A stretch of 63,151 nucleotides of DNA, counting the filler, from Anaerolineae bacterium (GTDB taxonomy: Bacteria > Chloroflexota > Anaerolineae > B4-G1 > DUEL01): NCBI GenBank assembly GCA_041082215.1. It is 8 parts of 8 records of this genome, joined end to end, with 100 filler letters (N's around TTAATTAATTAA, not from the genome) between each part and the next. Parts side by side here need not be neighbours in the genome. Positions count along the whole stretch, not along the records: positions 38,369 to 48,829 come from JBDOIF010000046.1; positions 48,930 to 50,608 come from JBDOIF010000164.1; positions 50,709 to 53,071 come from JBDOIF010000166.1; positions 53,172 to 54,390 come from JBDOIF010000027.1; positions 54,491 to 61,646 come from JBDOIF010000032.1; 3 more parts are not named here. One strand, 5' to 3'. This document shows positions 47,986 to 57,407 of this stretch, piece after piece. How positions within the stretch are numbered: position 1 is the first letter of the stretch; each line of letters opens with the position of its first letter. The notes beneath the pieces are model-generated. The model had not been told where the DNA came from and made no database searches. It saw nothing but the letters and a program-made list of their open reading frames with translations. The position numbers and the translations under genes are program-made.

Positions 47986-48768
47986 CTATTGGCCCGGTGG
48001 CGCAATGAATTGCAAGAACTGGGCGATCTTCCACCGCCCATCGGTCGGGTCGTAGCGCATCCGCCAGAGGATCAGGCCGGAGAGGTCACGGTGCTCGCTC
48101 CACACCAACTGGCCCGTATAGTCATACTCATAGGCTGTCCCGTTGGAGCAGGTCTGGCCCAGGGTGCATTCCAGCCCGTCCTCGCTCCACTCCTGGACCT
48201 GGTAGAAACAGCCATCCTCCCACTCGCCCCAGGAAATGCCATTGATGCCAGCTTGCAGGCTGTCAAGGTATCCTTGGCGGGATTCCAATTCTGCTCCTAT
48301 CCGGTATCTCGCAAGAACAGCCCTGTACCCATCAATATCGGGCGGCTTGGCTTCGACCAAGTATTTGTAGTGAGCCTGTTCAGCTTCTACGAAGTGCTGG
48401 CGGACCATTTCCGTCACTTCTTCCGGTGGCCACCAGTTGCCATCCTGGTCCTGGGTCATCTGGTCGGACCACCAGGCGGGGTAGGCGGGGGTTGGCTCCG
48501 GGGTGGGGGAGATCATCCCCTCATACCAGGCCGTAGGCGTGGCCGTCGGCCCGACGGTGGGGTTGGGGGTGGCGGTTGCCGTGGCCGTCGGGGTGGGGGT
48601 CCACCACACTTCCGTGGACCTTCTGCCGCCGAGGGTCAGCGCCGCCCCGACGACGGCCAGCAGGGCCACCAGCACGGCCACACCGATCAGCGCCCAGGCT
48701 GCAGGGGTGAGCCGCTGGTGAAGGGGGCGTTTTGCGGGAGAGGTTTTGAAGGTTGGTTGATGGTTCAT
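47986..48768 (-). CDS. Membrane-anchored protein with TP linker and extracellular domain
   Basis: Single TM helix, (TP/TA)n linker, C-terminal MRYDPTDGRWKI. Confidence 0.65.
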   Translation of the reverse strand: MNHQPTFKTSPAKRPLHQRLTPAAWALIGVAVLVALLAVVGAALTLGGRRSTEVWWTPTPTATATATPNPTVGPTATPTAWYEGMISPTPEPTPAYPAWWSDQMTQDQDGNWWPPEEVTEMVRQHFVEAEQAHYKYLVEAKPPDIDGYRAVLARYRIGAELESRQGYLDSLQAGINGISWGEWEDGCFYQVQEWSEDGLECTLGQTCSNGTAYEYDYTGQLVWSEHRDLSGLILWRMRYDPTDGRWKIAQFLQFIAPPGQ

Positions 48769-48929
48769 CCTGATGTCCTCCGATTGGTTGGTTTGTGATT
48801 TTGGCGAAACGAATTATTTTCCACACTTTNNNNNNNNNNNNNNNNNNNNNNNNNNNNNNNNNNNNNNNNNNNNTTAATTAATTAANNNNNNNNNNNNNNN
48901 NNNNNNNNNNNNNNNNNNNNNNNNNNNNN

Positions 48930-49431
48930 CGACCAGCAGGTCGCCCATTGTACGGGCGACCGGCAGGTCGCCCGTACAGGCCGCATCGCAGGCGGCCCGC
49001 AGGCGGGCGTTGGCCTCCGATGCCTCCATCACCGCCTGTAATGCCGCCGGGTCGCCCCCGGCGTATCCTTCCAGCCCATCGGCCAGGGCCTCCAGCACCC
49101 CGGCCAGCACCCCGCCCCCTTCCAGACCGGCGGCCTGCACCGCCAGGCCGCGCACCAGGGCCGCCGCCTCCCGCGCCCGTGCGGGCCGCTCCCCGGCCTC
49201 CACCAGCGCCAGCGAGCCGGTGAGGGCGGCAGCCTGCTCGGAGAGGGCATACAGCTCCGCACAGTCCGCCGGGCCGGGGGTGGGGAGAGCCGACAACGCC
49301 ACCCACTCCTGTACGTTCCCCACCTCCGGCCCGGATGGGGCTGTCGCCTCACTCCTCGGCCAGGCCAGGGCAAGGAGCACCCCCAGCAGGGAAAGCAGCC
49401 AGGGATACAGACGAACGCTATTTCTTCCCAT
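48930..49431 (-). CDS. Hypothetical exported helical protein (3' truncated)
   Basis: N-terminal hydrophobic segment; overlaps the upstream ORF as in an operon. Confidence 0.5.
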
Positions 49432-50044
49432 TCCCCGTCCTCTGTTGGGGCGACCTGCCGGTTGCCCCGGCCCTCACCACCAGGAACCACCCCGCCTGTC
49501 GGGGCAGGGTAGTACCCCCGACCCCGCTGGCGGGGCGAGGGGTTAGCCGCTGGGCAGCCAGGTGCTCCCACACCGCCTGCACCTCCGCCCGCGCCGCCGG
49601 ATGGAGGGAGGCGTCCAGCGGCAGCGGCTCCTCCCTCCGCCCCACCAGCCCCACCTTCCGCAGCAGCTCCGGCGCGGTGGTGAACAGATACAGCCGCCCG
49701 TTCTCCCCGGAGACCGTGAACCGTGGGGCAGGCTCGACGGAGAGGTCCAGCACGCCAGCAGGCCCAACCGACGCCCCCGCCTCCCCCAGCGCGTCGGCCA
49801 GGAGCTGGTCCAGCACTTTCCGCCAGCCGTCAGGCCGGGCCAGCGCCGCCTCCACCTCCGCCCGCCGCCCGGCCACCAGTTGGGCCTGGAGCTGCTCCAG
49901 CTCCAGACTCTTCTGCTGGCGGTACGTCCGCTCCAGGCGGCGGATCGCCCCCGTCACCGCCCCGTTGGAGAGCGTCACCGCCGCCCCTGCGGTCACGCCG
50001 ACAATGAGCAGGATGATAAAGGCCAGCCATTCCAGAGCAGTCAC
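49418..50044 (-). CDS. Hypothetical membrane-anchored protein
   Basis: N-terminal TM, coupled to neighbours, GGAGG RBS. Confidence 0.55.
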   Translation of the reverse strand: MTALEWLAFIILLIVGVTAGAAVTLSNGAVTGAIRRLERTYRQQKSLELEQLQAQLVAGRRAEVEAALARPDGWRKVLDQLLADALGEAGASVGPAGVLDLSVEPAPRFTVSGENGRLYLFTTAPELLRKVGLVGRREEPLPLDASLHPAARAEVQAVWEHLAAQRLTPRPASGVGGTTLPRQAGWFLVVRAGATGRSPQQRTGNGKK

Positions 50045-50608
50045 AACTCACCTCCCGATTCCATCAAAGCTTTCTCCAGACTGCGGATCGCTTTTGCCCG
50101 CCGGTCCAGCACGCTGGTCAGCGCCAGGGCAAAGAGCAGACCCGCCGCCCCCAGGGGGATGAACACCCCAACCCGTTGGGGGACCAGCCCGAAGGCGAAG
50201 GCCACGTCTGCGGCCATTCCGACCGGCAGGGCCTTTCCACCCCCAACCCCGCTGGCGGGGCCAGGGGTGGGGAGCAGCGTCACCGAGCCGTCCTCCCCGA
50301 CGCGGACCTCCACCGCCAGCCGGGTCGTCGGCTCCCACCCCGCCCCTGGCCGGTCAACCAGATAGACGGTGTACACCCCCGCCCCCGGCAGCGTCACCGT
50401 CACCACGCCGGAGGGGTCGGGGAGGAGCATCTGTACCCACCCGTCGGGGCCGTCCACCCGTACCCGCAGCCCTGCCAGCCCCGGCTCTCCCGACTGGCGG
50501 AAAGCGTCGGCGTTGGCGTCCTCGAAGACCGCCACCCGCAGGACCACCCCTGGCAGAGGTTCCGGTTCGACCATCGGAGGGGGGGTGGTCGGCGCTGGTG
50601 TCGGTGTT
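50041..50608 (-). CDS. SdrD-B-like domain protein with C-terminal TM anchor (5' truncated)
   Basis: VFEDANADAFRQSGEPGLAG...GVYTV motif; C-terminal hydrophobic helix. Confidence 0.65.
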
Positions 50609-50708
50609 NNNNNNNNNNNNNNNNNNNNNNNNNNNNNNNNNNNNNNNNNNNNTTAATTAATTAANNNNNNNNNNNNNNNNNNNNNNNNNNNNNNNNNNNN
50701 NNNNNNNN

Positions 50709-50769
50709 AGACACCAGCCCGCCGGGCCACATCGGCGATCGTCGCCCGTTTGGTTACCGCACCATGCAT
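50709..50769 (-). CDS. LacI-family regulator, N-terminal fragment
   Basis: Not in the ORF track; reads MHGAVTKRATIADVARRAGV (LacI HTH start). Confidence 0.75.
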
Positions 50770-50806
50770 CGAGCGGACCCCCCAGGGGAGAACGGGAACA
50801 GGGTTC

Positions 50807-50848
50807 TGAAAGCGCTTTCATTATAGCAGATGAAAAAACTACTGTCAA
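50807..50848 (-). promoter_or_regulatory. Consensus promoter with LacI-type operator
   Basis: TTGACA (50848-50843)-17-TATAAT (50825-50820); perfect palindrome TGAAAGCGCTTTCA at 50807-50820. Confidence 0.85.
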
Positions 50849-50855
50849 GCCAGAC

Positions 50856-52696
50856 TGTAGTGGGATGATAGGTTCGTCCGCTATGTAGTGGGCAGAGAGG
50901 TTTGTCCGCTTGTCGGCTGGCTCTGCGGTGAGGGGATCAGCCTGGCAGTGGTGGGCGGGGCTGTTTAGGGGCATCATAGGGGCATCTCCGTGGGGGAAAG
51001 GAGGTGCGACGGATGCCTCGTTGCCCGGCCAAAGATTATGCCGATCGGTGCGCTGCAGTGGAGTTGGAGCGGCAGGGGATGAGTCGCCGCGAGATTGCTC
51101 AGGTGCTCCATCGTCCGGAGCGGTGGGTTCGTCGCACGCTGGCCCGGCACGATCCTCAGGTAGGTCTGGAAAGCCTGAAAGACCGCTCCTCCCGTCCTGA
51201 CCGATCTCCGAATCGCACGCCTGGGGAGGTCGAAGAGGCCATTTGTGCGCTGAAGCGTGCCCACCCCTCCTGGGGGCGACGTCAGATCACGCGCCAACTG
51301 CGCTGGCAGTGGCGGGATGAGCCCACCCTCCTGCTTTGGGTGAGTGAGGGGAGGGTTCGTTGTGTGCTGGCTCGCCATCCTGAACTGGCCCCACCGGTTG
51401 AGGAGCAGAGCCATCCCCCTCCCCGCCGGATTGATTACCTCTCCTGCAACCTCCTCTGGGGCGCCGACATCCAGCAGACCACCCTCGCCGACGGTTCCGT
51501 GTGGGAGACCCTTCACTGGCTGGACCTGTACAGCCGGTATGAACTGGGGCAGGTGACCGCCCCTCGCCTGACGGAAGAGCTGGTCGTGTGCAGCTTCCTC
51601 CAGCTGGCGGCGAAATACGGCCTTCCGTCGCTGGTGAAGACCGACCGGGACAAGCTCTTCTACGACGGCAATAGCGGCTTGCCGACCCTGCCAGCGCGGG
51701 TCTTCGCTGCTTTGGGTGTCCTGCACCTGCTGACCCCCAGGCGTCAGCCGTGGTGGAATGGGGTGGTGGAGCGCTCCATCCGCACCTGCCGCGAGGAAGC
51801 TCACCTCCCCGCCAGGGGAGACCCGGCCCTGATGGCCCAGGCTATGGAGGACTACCGCTTCTTCTACAACCACCAGCGGTGCCACAGCCGGTGCAACGAT
51901 CAACCCCCTGCCACCCTCTACCAGCCCAGCCCCCGCCCCCTCCCACCCGACTTCGACCTCAACCAGGTGCCCATCACCCTCAAGCCGGTCGTTGTCACCC
52001 GCCAGGTACAGGCCAGTGGCAGGGTCTCCCTCGCCGGCCGCACCTACCCCTTCAGCCGGCAATACGCTGGCCAGACCCTCACCATCACCGTCGAGGGCTG
52101 GTCGGCAATCGCCCGGGCCCAGGACGGCTGGCAACGGACCTGGGACCTCCACCCCCTCCAGGAGCAGCCTCCTCCCACACCCCTCCCCATAGGGGCGCAG
52201 AGCACCTGCACCCCTACTCCTCAACCCCTCACCCGCCAGGTCAGCCGGCGAGGCTGCATCTCCCTCAACCGCTCCCTCTACTATGTGGGCATCGCCTGGG
52301 CCGGTCAGAAGGTGACCCTCCGACGTCAAGAAGAATCCTGGCAAGTCACCCTCCCTGATGGCTCGACCAGGACCTTGCCTGACAAACACCTCCTCCCCCC
52401 AACCCCCTCCCCCCCTCCACCTCACCGGCCCACCACCCCCCCAACCCCCCAGCCCCCCACCGCCGCCTTTCACTCCCGACGAGTCACCCGCACCGGTCAG
52501 ATCGCTTTCTATCACCACCTCTACTATGTGGGCATTGCCCATCGCGGAGAAACCGTCTTCGTCGCCCCCACACCCAACGGCCTCGCCGTCTACAACGCTG
52601 ACTACGCCTGGATCACCACCTGCCTCTGGAAAACCCAACCCCACGAGGACAAACCTCTCTGCCCTACATAGCGGACAAACCTATCATCCCACTACA
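50856..52696 (+). mobile_element. IS481-like insertion sequence, 1841 bp
   Basis: TIRs TGTAGTGGGATGATAGGTTCGTCCGCTATGTAG / CTACATAGCGGACAAACCTATCATCCCACTACA (1 mismatch in 33 bp, extending to about 50 bp); TGT...ACA ends; no TSD visible. Confidence 0.88.
51013..52671 (+). CDS. DDE (rve) transposase with HTH and three C-terminal beta-barrel repeats
   Basis: HTH, RSSRP, WGADI (D), KTDRD (D), NGVVER (E), YNHQRCHS. Confidence 0.88.
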   Translation: MPRCPAKDYADRCAAVELERQGMSRREIAQVLHRPERWVRRTLARHDPQVGLESLKDRSSRPDRSPNRTPGEVEEAICALKRAHPSWGRRQITRQLRWQWRDEPTLLLWVSEGRVRCVLARHPELAPPVEEQSHPPPRRIDYLSCNLLWGADIQQTTLADGSVWETLHWLDLYSRYELGQVTAPRLTEELVVCSFLQLAAKYGLPSLVKTDRDKLFYDGNSGLPTLPARVFAALGVLHLLTPRRQPWWNGVVERSIRTCREEAHLPARGDPALMAQAMEDYRFFYNHQRCHSRCNDQPPATLYQPSPRPLPPDFDLNQVPITLKPVVVTRQVQASGRVSLAGRTYPFSRQYAGQTLTITVEGWSAIARAQDGWQRTWDLHPLQEQPPPTPLPIGAQSTCTPTPQPLTRQVSRRGCISLNRSLYYVGIAWAGQKVTLRRQEESWQVTLPDGSTRTLPDKHLLPPTPSPPPPHRPTTPPTPQPPTAAFHSRRVTRTGQIAFYHHLYYVGIAHRGETVFVAPTPNGLAVYNADYAWITTCLWKTQPHEDKPLCPT

Positions 52697-53171
52697 AAAA
52701 GGGGATTGACCTGGAGGGAAATTTGGGTACAATAGACGTAGAAAGAAAAACGCCTCGCGGCTCTGCACCAGCCCGAGGCAGTGGCCGAGGCGGTGAGGGC
52801 CCGCCTGGCAGGAAGAATTCTACTACAAGGCCCGCCCGCCGTCAAGGCTTCCGTCTGACATCCGGTCATAAATCCCTGGCTGCACGCCGCCCGAGAAACG
52901 CAGCGATACGAGGTGGTAGGGCGCCATGCTCAGCAATGTAACGATCCAGAAACACCTCAGTGGTGAGCATATCCATCAGACGTTGCAAGCCTCTGGTCAT
53001 GACGATCTTGCCCGGCTTGCGGTCGGGTCGTGCTACCCAGCCGCCCAGACGGGCCAGCAGTTGGACTTCGGNNNNNNNNNNNNNNNNNNNNNNNNNNNNN
53101 NNNNNNNNNNNNNNNTTAATTAATTAANNNNNNNNNNNNNNNNNNNNNNNNNNNNNNNNNNNNNNNNNNNN

Positions 53172-54163
53172 CCCAGCAGGTGGTGGCTCCACACGCCCAG
53201 GGAGACCAGAAGGTCCACCATAATGACCGTCCGCACCACCGACTCGCCGTAGAGCCGCCGGCCCACCAGCAGCGGGATGAGCAGGTACCAGACCCCGGCG
53301 GTGTAGATGAGGACATTCCCGTCGGCCACCATGTCCAGCCCCCACCAGAACCAGTTCTTGTAGACCAGCGCGTCTACGGCCATCGGGTTGAGGGGGTGGC
53401 CGAAGAGGGCAGCCAGCCCGTAAACCAGGATGAGCGCGCCGGCGGTGAGCAGGACAATGGCGTTGATGACGGTGTCTATGGACCCCCGCGCCACGGCGAC
53501 GATGAAGACGGGCAGGCCGTTGTAGTCCAGCGGGACGGCGGTCTTATCCTCCTTGCCGAAGAGGCGCATCAGGCGCGGGATGCCGAACGCCGCTCGCAGG
53601 AACTGACCGAAGGTGTAGGACTGGGGGTTGCTCCTGGCCAGGACGGTGCTGAAGGTGTTGAAGGAAAAGAGCAGGATGTTGACCATAATCACTGCCGCAC
53701 CGACCGTGAAGGGAATGGTCCCCACCAGCGGCACCCGGTCAAAGGAGACGGGCAGGGGCCAGTAAAGGGTGTAGAGGGAGTTGAAGATGGCGAAGAAGCC
53801 GGAGAGCCAGCAGAGGAGAACCCCTCCCGTCTGCAACCAGAAGTTGACCGGGACCAGTTTCTTGTGGCGGATTTCCCGCTTAAGCAGGTAGGGGACCAGG
53901 AAGTAGAACGCGCCCATGACGGCCATATAGGCGAAGCCGTAGACACCGACGATGGGATGGACGGTCATCATCCCGTAGAAGAGTTCGGCCTCGGTGGGTT
54001 CGTGGTCGGTAATGCGGATGGCGTTGAGGGCACGCTCCATGCCCGCCAGCGCCTGCGGCGCGGCCATGTGGGTGCGCATCAGGATGCCCTCAAAGCCGGT
54101 CATCGCCAAAAAAATGAGGGCAACGACGGCGACGCGCAGGGTCCACTTCTCGTTCCAGCCCAT
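53172..54163 (-). CDS. Heme-copper oxidoreductase subunit I, gNOR-like (3' truncated)
   Basis: TVHP (helix II His), YTLYWPL, WWGLDMVADGNVLIY in place of W..GHP.VY, WSHH (helix VII). Confidence 0.8.
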
Positions 54164-54183
54164 TCTTGCACCTCCTGTGAGAC

Positions 54184-54211
54184 GTAGGACAACTGCTCGC
54201 AGTTGTCCTAC
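54184..54211. repeat. GTAG-type REP palindrome
   Basis: GTAGGACAACTGCTCGCAGTTGTCCTAC, overlapping the subunit II stop codon. Confidence 0.7.
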
Positions 54212-54390
54212 GGCACTACCTGGATGGCGTCGGGGACGAACATCTCCGGATGGCGGGGGCCGGAGTACTCGGTGGAGCGGACGTCGTAGAGGCCGGGTTC
54301 GTCAAACCGCCAGAGGATGCGGTTCTCATACCCCGGAACCACCTGCATCTGGAAGACCATCCGGCCGTCCTTGCGGAAGACGCCGAAGCC
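54208..54390 (-). CDS. Heme-copper oxidase subunit II C-terminus lacking the CuA cysteines (5' truncated)
   Basis: Not in the ORF track; reads GFGVFRKDGRMVFQMQVVPG...PGLYDVRSTEYSGPRHPEM (CxExCG replaced by STEYSG). Confidence 0.8.
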   Translation of the reverse strand, partial: GFGVFRKDGRMVFQMQVVPGYENRILWRFDEPGLYDVRSTEYSGPRHPEMFVPDAIQVVP

Positions 54391-54490
54391 NNNNNNNNNN
54401 NNNNNNNNNNNNNNNNNNNNNNNNNNNNNNNNNNTTAATTAATTAANNNNNNNNNNNNNNNNNNNNNNNNNNNNNNNNNNNNNNNNNNNN

Positions 54491-54606
54491 GGGGCGCGGC
54501 TCGCTGCCAGACGAGGGGCCAGCACCATCACGCCGACCAGCCCGCCCAGCACTACCAGGTCGGCCACTCCCAGAAGAAGGATCACCAGCCACTGCTTCCG
54601 CGTCAT
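54491..54606 (-). CDS. Membrane protein N-terminus (truncated)
   Basis: MTRKQWLVILLLGVADLVVLGGL with an AGGGGAG RBS. Confidence 0.5.
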
Positions 54607-54746
54607 CGCTCCCCTCTCCACCATGAAATCCTGTCCGGATGTGAGCCTCGCCGCCAGGTTGGCCACGGTGCGGGACAGGTCGCACACGTACTTCAAGCGG
54701 GCGACGGCTTTGACCGCGCGCACCGGCCAGGCGCCCTCGGCCAGTG

Positions 54747-56045
54747 CTACTCAACGGCCGTCCCCTTCTTGGGCTGGCAAAGAGCCGTCAGTTTCTCCAG
54801 GATGCGTGTGCGCGTTCCATCGTCTATGGTTCGTTCCTGCCAGAGGTTGCCCAGCTCTTCGGGCAGCCGGTCGAGCGTCCACACGGCAACCGCCGGGTTC
54901 TCCACCGTCACAGTGCTTTCCGCATCTGCCCAGACCACAGCTGGCGTAACCCACTGGTGGATGCCACCCACGCGTAAGAAACGGGAGAGACGGGCAGCGT
55001 TGTCCTGCGCCTGGCGGCTGGGGCTCCTGCGCAGGGGCTTCCAGCGTCGCCCAGCCCGCACCTCCCAGTGCTCACCGACGTTACGGTATTTGCCGCTGAG
55101 CGACTTGACCTCCAGCGCCCACACCCCTGGCGGGCCGATCAGCACAGCGTCGATGTCGCTCGGCCTCCGCCCCGGCAGAGCCACATTGCGAAAGAGGGTC
55201 CAGTTTCCATCAAGAACCTGGCGCATAGCCTCGACGGCCTGCTCCTCTCCCTCCTGGCCCTTGCGGTAGCGCTCGATCTCTTTTTCCAGCCAATTAACAG
55301 CAATCCTGATCAGAAAGTTGAACAGCCAAGAGATGGCAGCCATAAGGGCCAGCGCTATGAGTAGTGCGATGAGGCCTTCAGGTGTTGATAGCACCTCGGT
55401 CAGCGGCCTGCTGGGCCGGGCTGACCGCGAGCGGAGAAAAGTTAGTATACCCCAGGTCATCACAGCCCCAAAAGATACCCCGAGGATTAACCCTTCAGCC
55501 ATCATCAACTGCAACTGCTTGCGTTCGGCGAAACTCCTGCCGCCGGAGACCACCTTCAGCGGACCCGCTGGCGGCGGAGGCTCCTTCACGGCCTGTTCCA
55601 GGCTCAGAGCGGCCAGCACAATCGCCGCCCGGCGCACGCGGTCATCCCAGGCGTTTTCGATCGCGTAGACCAGGTCTTTGAGCAACAGGCGCTTGGCATC
55701 CACCAGCGCGCCCATCGGCTGGCCCTTGAGCGGCCCAAAAGGCCAGGGAGTAGCCCGCGCCTGCTCGATGGTCAGACCGGCGGCAACGGTTGGGGCGGGA
55801 GCAGGAGAAGCGGGTGGTGGAGGCTGGGCATGCTCCAGATGCTCCAGGAGCACCGCCGCAGCGGCCTTGAGCTTGGGATTATAAGCCCACCTGGCAGCCC
55901 ATTGGAGGCGTTCCCTATCCAGGTAGCCCTCGTCCAGCAACTCGCCCAGCGGCCGGGGATTGCTGCGCAGCCACAGGACGGAACGGGCCTCCTCGACGCT
56001 CATGGGCAATTTTGATTTATCGGTGGTGGCGGCTTTCTCCCGCAT
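54747..56045 (-). CDS. NERD (nuclease-related) domain membrane protein
   Basis: Two TM helices, then KGQEGE...DIDAVLIGPPGVWALEVKS...SPSRQA. Confidence 0.8.
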   Translation of the reverse strand: MREKAATTDKSKLPMSVEEARSVLWLRSNPRPLGELLDEGYLDRERLQWAARWAYNPKLKAAAAVLLEHLEHAQPPPPASPAPAPTVAAGLTIEQARATPWPFGPLKGQPMGALVDAKRLLLKDLVYAIENAWDDRVRRAAIVLAALSLEQAVKEPPPPAGPLKVVSGGRSFAERKQLQLMMAEGLILGVSFGAVMTWGILTFLRSRSARPSRPLTEVLSTPEGLIALLIALALMAAISWLFNFLIRIAVNWLEKEIERYRKGQEGEEQAVEAMRQVLDGNWTLFRNVALPGRRPSDIDAVLIGPPGVWALEVKSLSGKYRNVGEHWEVRAGRRWKPLRRSPSRQAQDNAARLSRFLRVGGIHQWVTPAVVWADAESTVTVENPAVAVWTLDRLPEELGNLWQERTIDDGTRTRILEKLTALCQPKKGTAVE

Positions 56046-56090
56046 AGCACCTTCCCGGTCACAACAGTTGTACTGATTATGAGACGATTT

Positions 56091-57398
56091 CTATATATAA
56101 TGCAGCTCTTTCGCCGCCTTCGTCAGCTCGTCCCGGAACCTGGGGTGGGCGATGCGGATGAGCGCCTGCGCCCGCTGCCGGATCGTCTTCCCGTACAGAT
56201 CGGCCACCCCGTACTCCGTCACCACGAAATGGACGTGGTTACGGGTAGTGACGACCCCCGCGCCGGGCTTGAGCATTGGCACGATCCGGCTGACCTCATC
56301 CCCCTTCGCCGTGCTGGGCAGGGCGATGATGGGGATGCCGCCCTCGGAGCGGGAAGCACCGTAGATGAAATCCAACTGCCCCCCCACCCCACTGTACAGC
56401 TTGGGGCCGATGGAGTCGGCGCAGACCTGGCCGGTCAGGTCCACTTCAATAGCGGAATTGATCGCCACCTGCCGGTAATTCTGGGCGATGACGAAAGGAT
56501 CGTTGATATATTCGGTGCGGTGAAGCTCGATGATGGGGTTGTCGTGGGCCCACTCGTAGAGCCGGCGGGTTCCCAGCATGAAGCCTGCGGTGATCTTGCC
56601 CGGATGGAGGGTCTTGCGGGCGTTGGTCACCACCCCTGCCTCCACCAGGTCTATGACGCTATCCGAGAACAGCTCCGTGTGAACGCCCAGGTCCCTCTTG
56701 TGGTAAAGGAACTGGAGCACTGCGTCGGGGATTTCGCCGATCCCCATCTGCATCGTCGCGCCGTCGGGGATCAGTTCGGCGATGTGCTCGGCGATGCGGG
56801 TATGCAGCTCCGAAGGCCCTCCCTCCGTCATCGGCAGTTCCATCAGAGGGTAGTCCACCGGCACAATATAGTTCAGTCGGCTGACGTGGATGAAGCTGTC
56901 TCCCAGGCAGCGGGGCATATTGGGGTTGACCTCAGCGATGATGATCCTGGCCGACTCGGCCGCCGTCTTGGTCAGCCCCGTCTCGATGCCGTAGGAGCAG
57001 AAGCCATGCTCGTCGGGGGGGGAAAGGTGGACAAAAGCTACATCCACCGGCAGGATGCCCTTGCTGAAAAGCAGGGGAAACTCGGAAAGGAGCACCGGCG
57101 TAAAGTCGGCCCGGCCTTCCTGCACCGCCTTGCGCACGTTGGGGCCGATAAACAGGGAGTTGGCCCGGATATGCCCCTCCATTTCCGGCGCCACGTAGTC
57201 GCTGGAGCCGATGGTCAGCGCGTGGCAGATTTCCACGTTCTCCAGTTCAGGGGCCCGCTCGACCAGCGCCTTCAACAGCACCTGAGGGACGCTGCAGTTG
57301 CCGGTGAGGAAGACCCGGTCCCCCGATCGGATCGCCTTGACCGCCTCAGCGGCCGTTGTGACCTTGCTTTCGTAAATCTTACTCCAACCTGTCGGCAT
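56091..57398 (-). CDS. Acetyl-CoA hydrolase / 4-hydroxybutyrate CoA-transferase family
   Basis: QMGIGEIP, GVHTELFSD, SGVGGQLDF, VTEYGVADL. Confidence 0.9.
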   Translation of the reverse strand: MPTGWSKIYESKVTTAAEAVKAIRSGDRVFLTGNCSVPQVLLKALVERAPELENVEICHALTIGSSDYVAPEMEGHIRANSLFIGPNVRKAVQEGRADFTPVLLSEFPLLFSKGILPVDVAFVHLSPPDEHGFCSYGIETGLTKTAAESARIIIAEVNPNMPRCLGDSFIHVSRLNYIVPVDYPLMELPMTEGGPSELHTRIAEHIAELIPDGATMQMGIGEIPDAVLQFLYHKRDLGVHTELFSDSVIDLVEAGVVTNARKTLHPGKITAGFMLGTRRLYEWAHDNPIIELHRTEYINDPFVIAQNYRQVAINSAIEVDLTGQVCADSIGPKLYSGVGGQLDFIYGASRSEGGIPIIALPSTAKGDEVSRIVPMLKPGAGVVTTRNHVHFVVTEYGVADLYGKTIRQRAQALIRIAHPRFRDELTKAAKELHYI

Positions 57399-57407
57399 GG
57401 TTCCCCC

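Noticed and set aside
52740..53071. Structured leader and short ORF (52926 onward) downstream of the IS
   Set aside because: A promoter-like signal is present, but I could not recognise an RNA family or protein motif, and the contig ends
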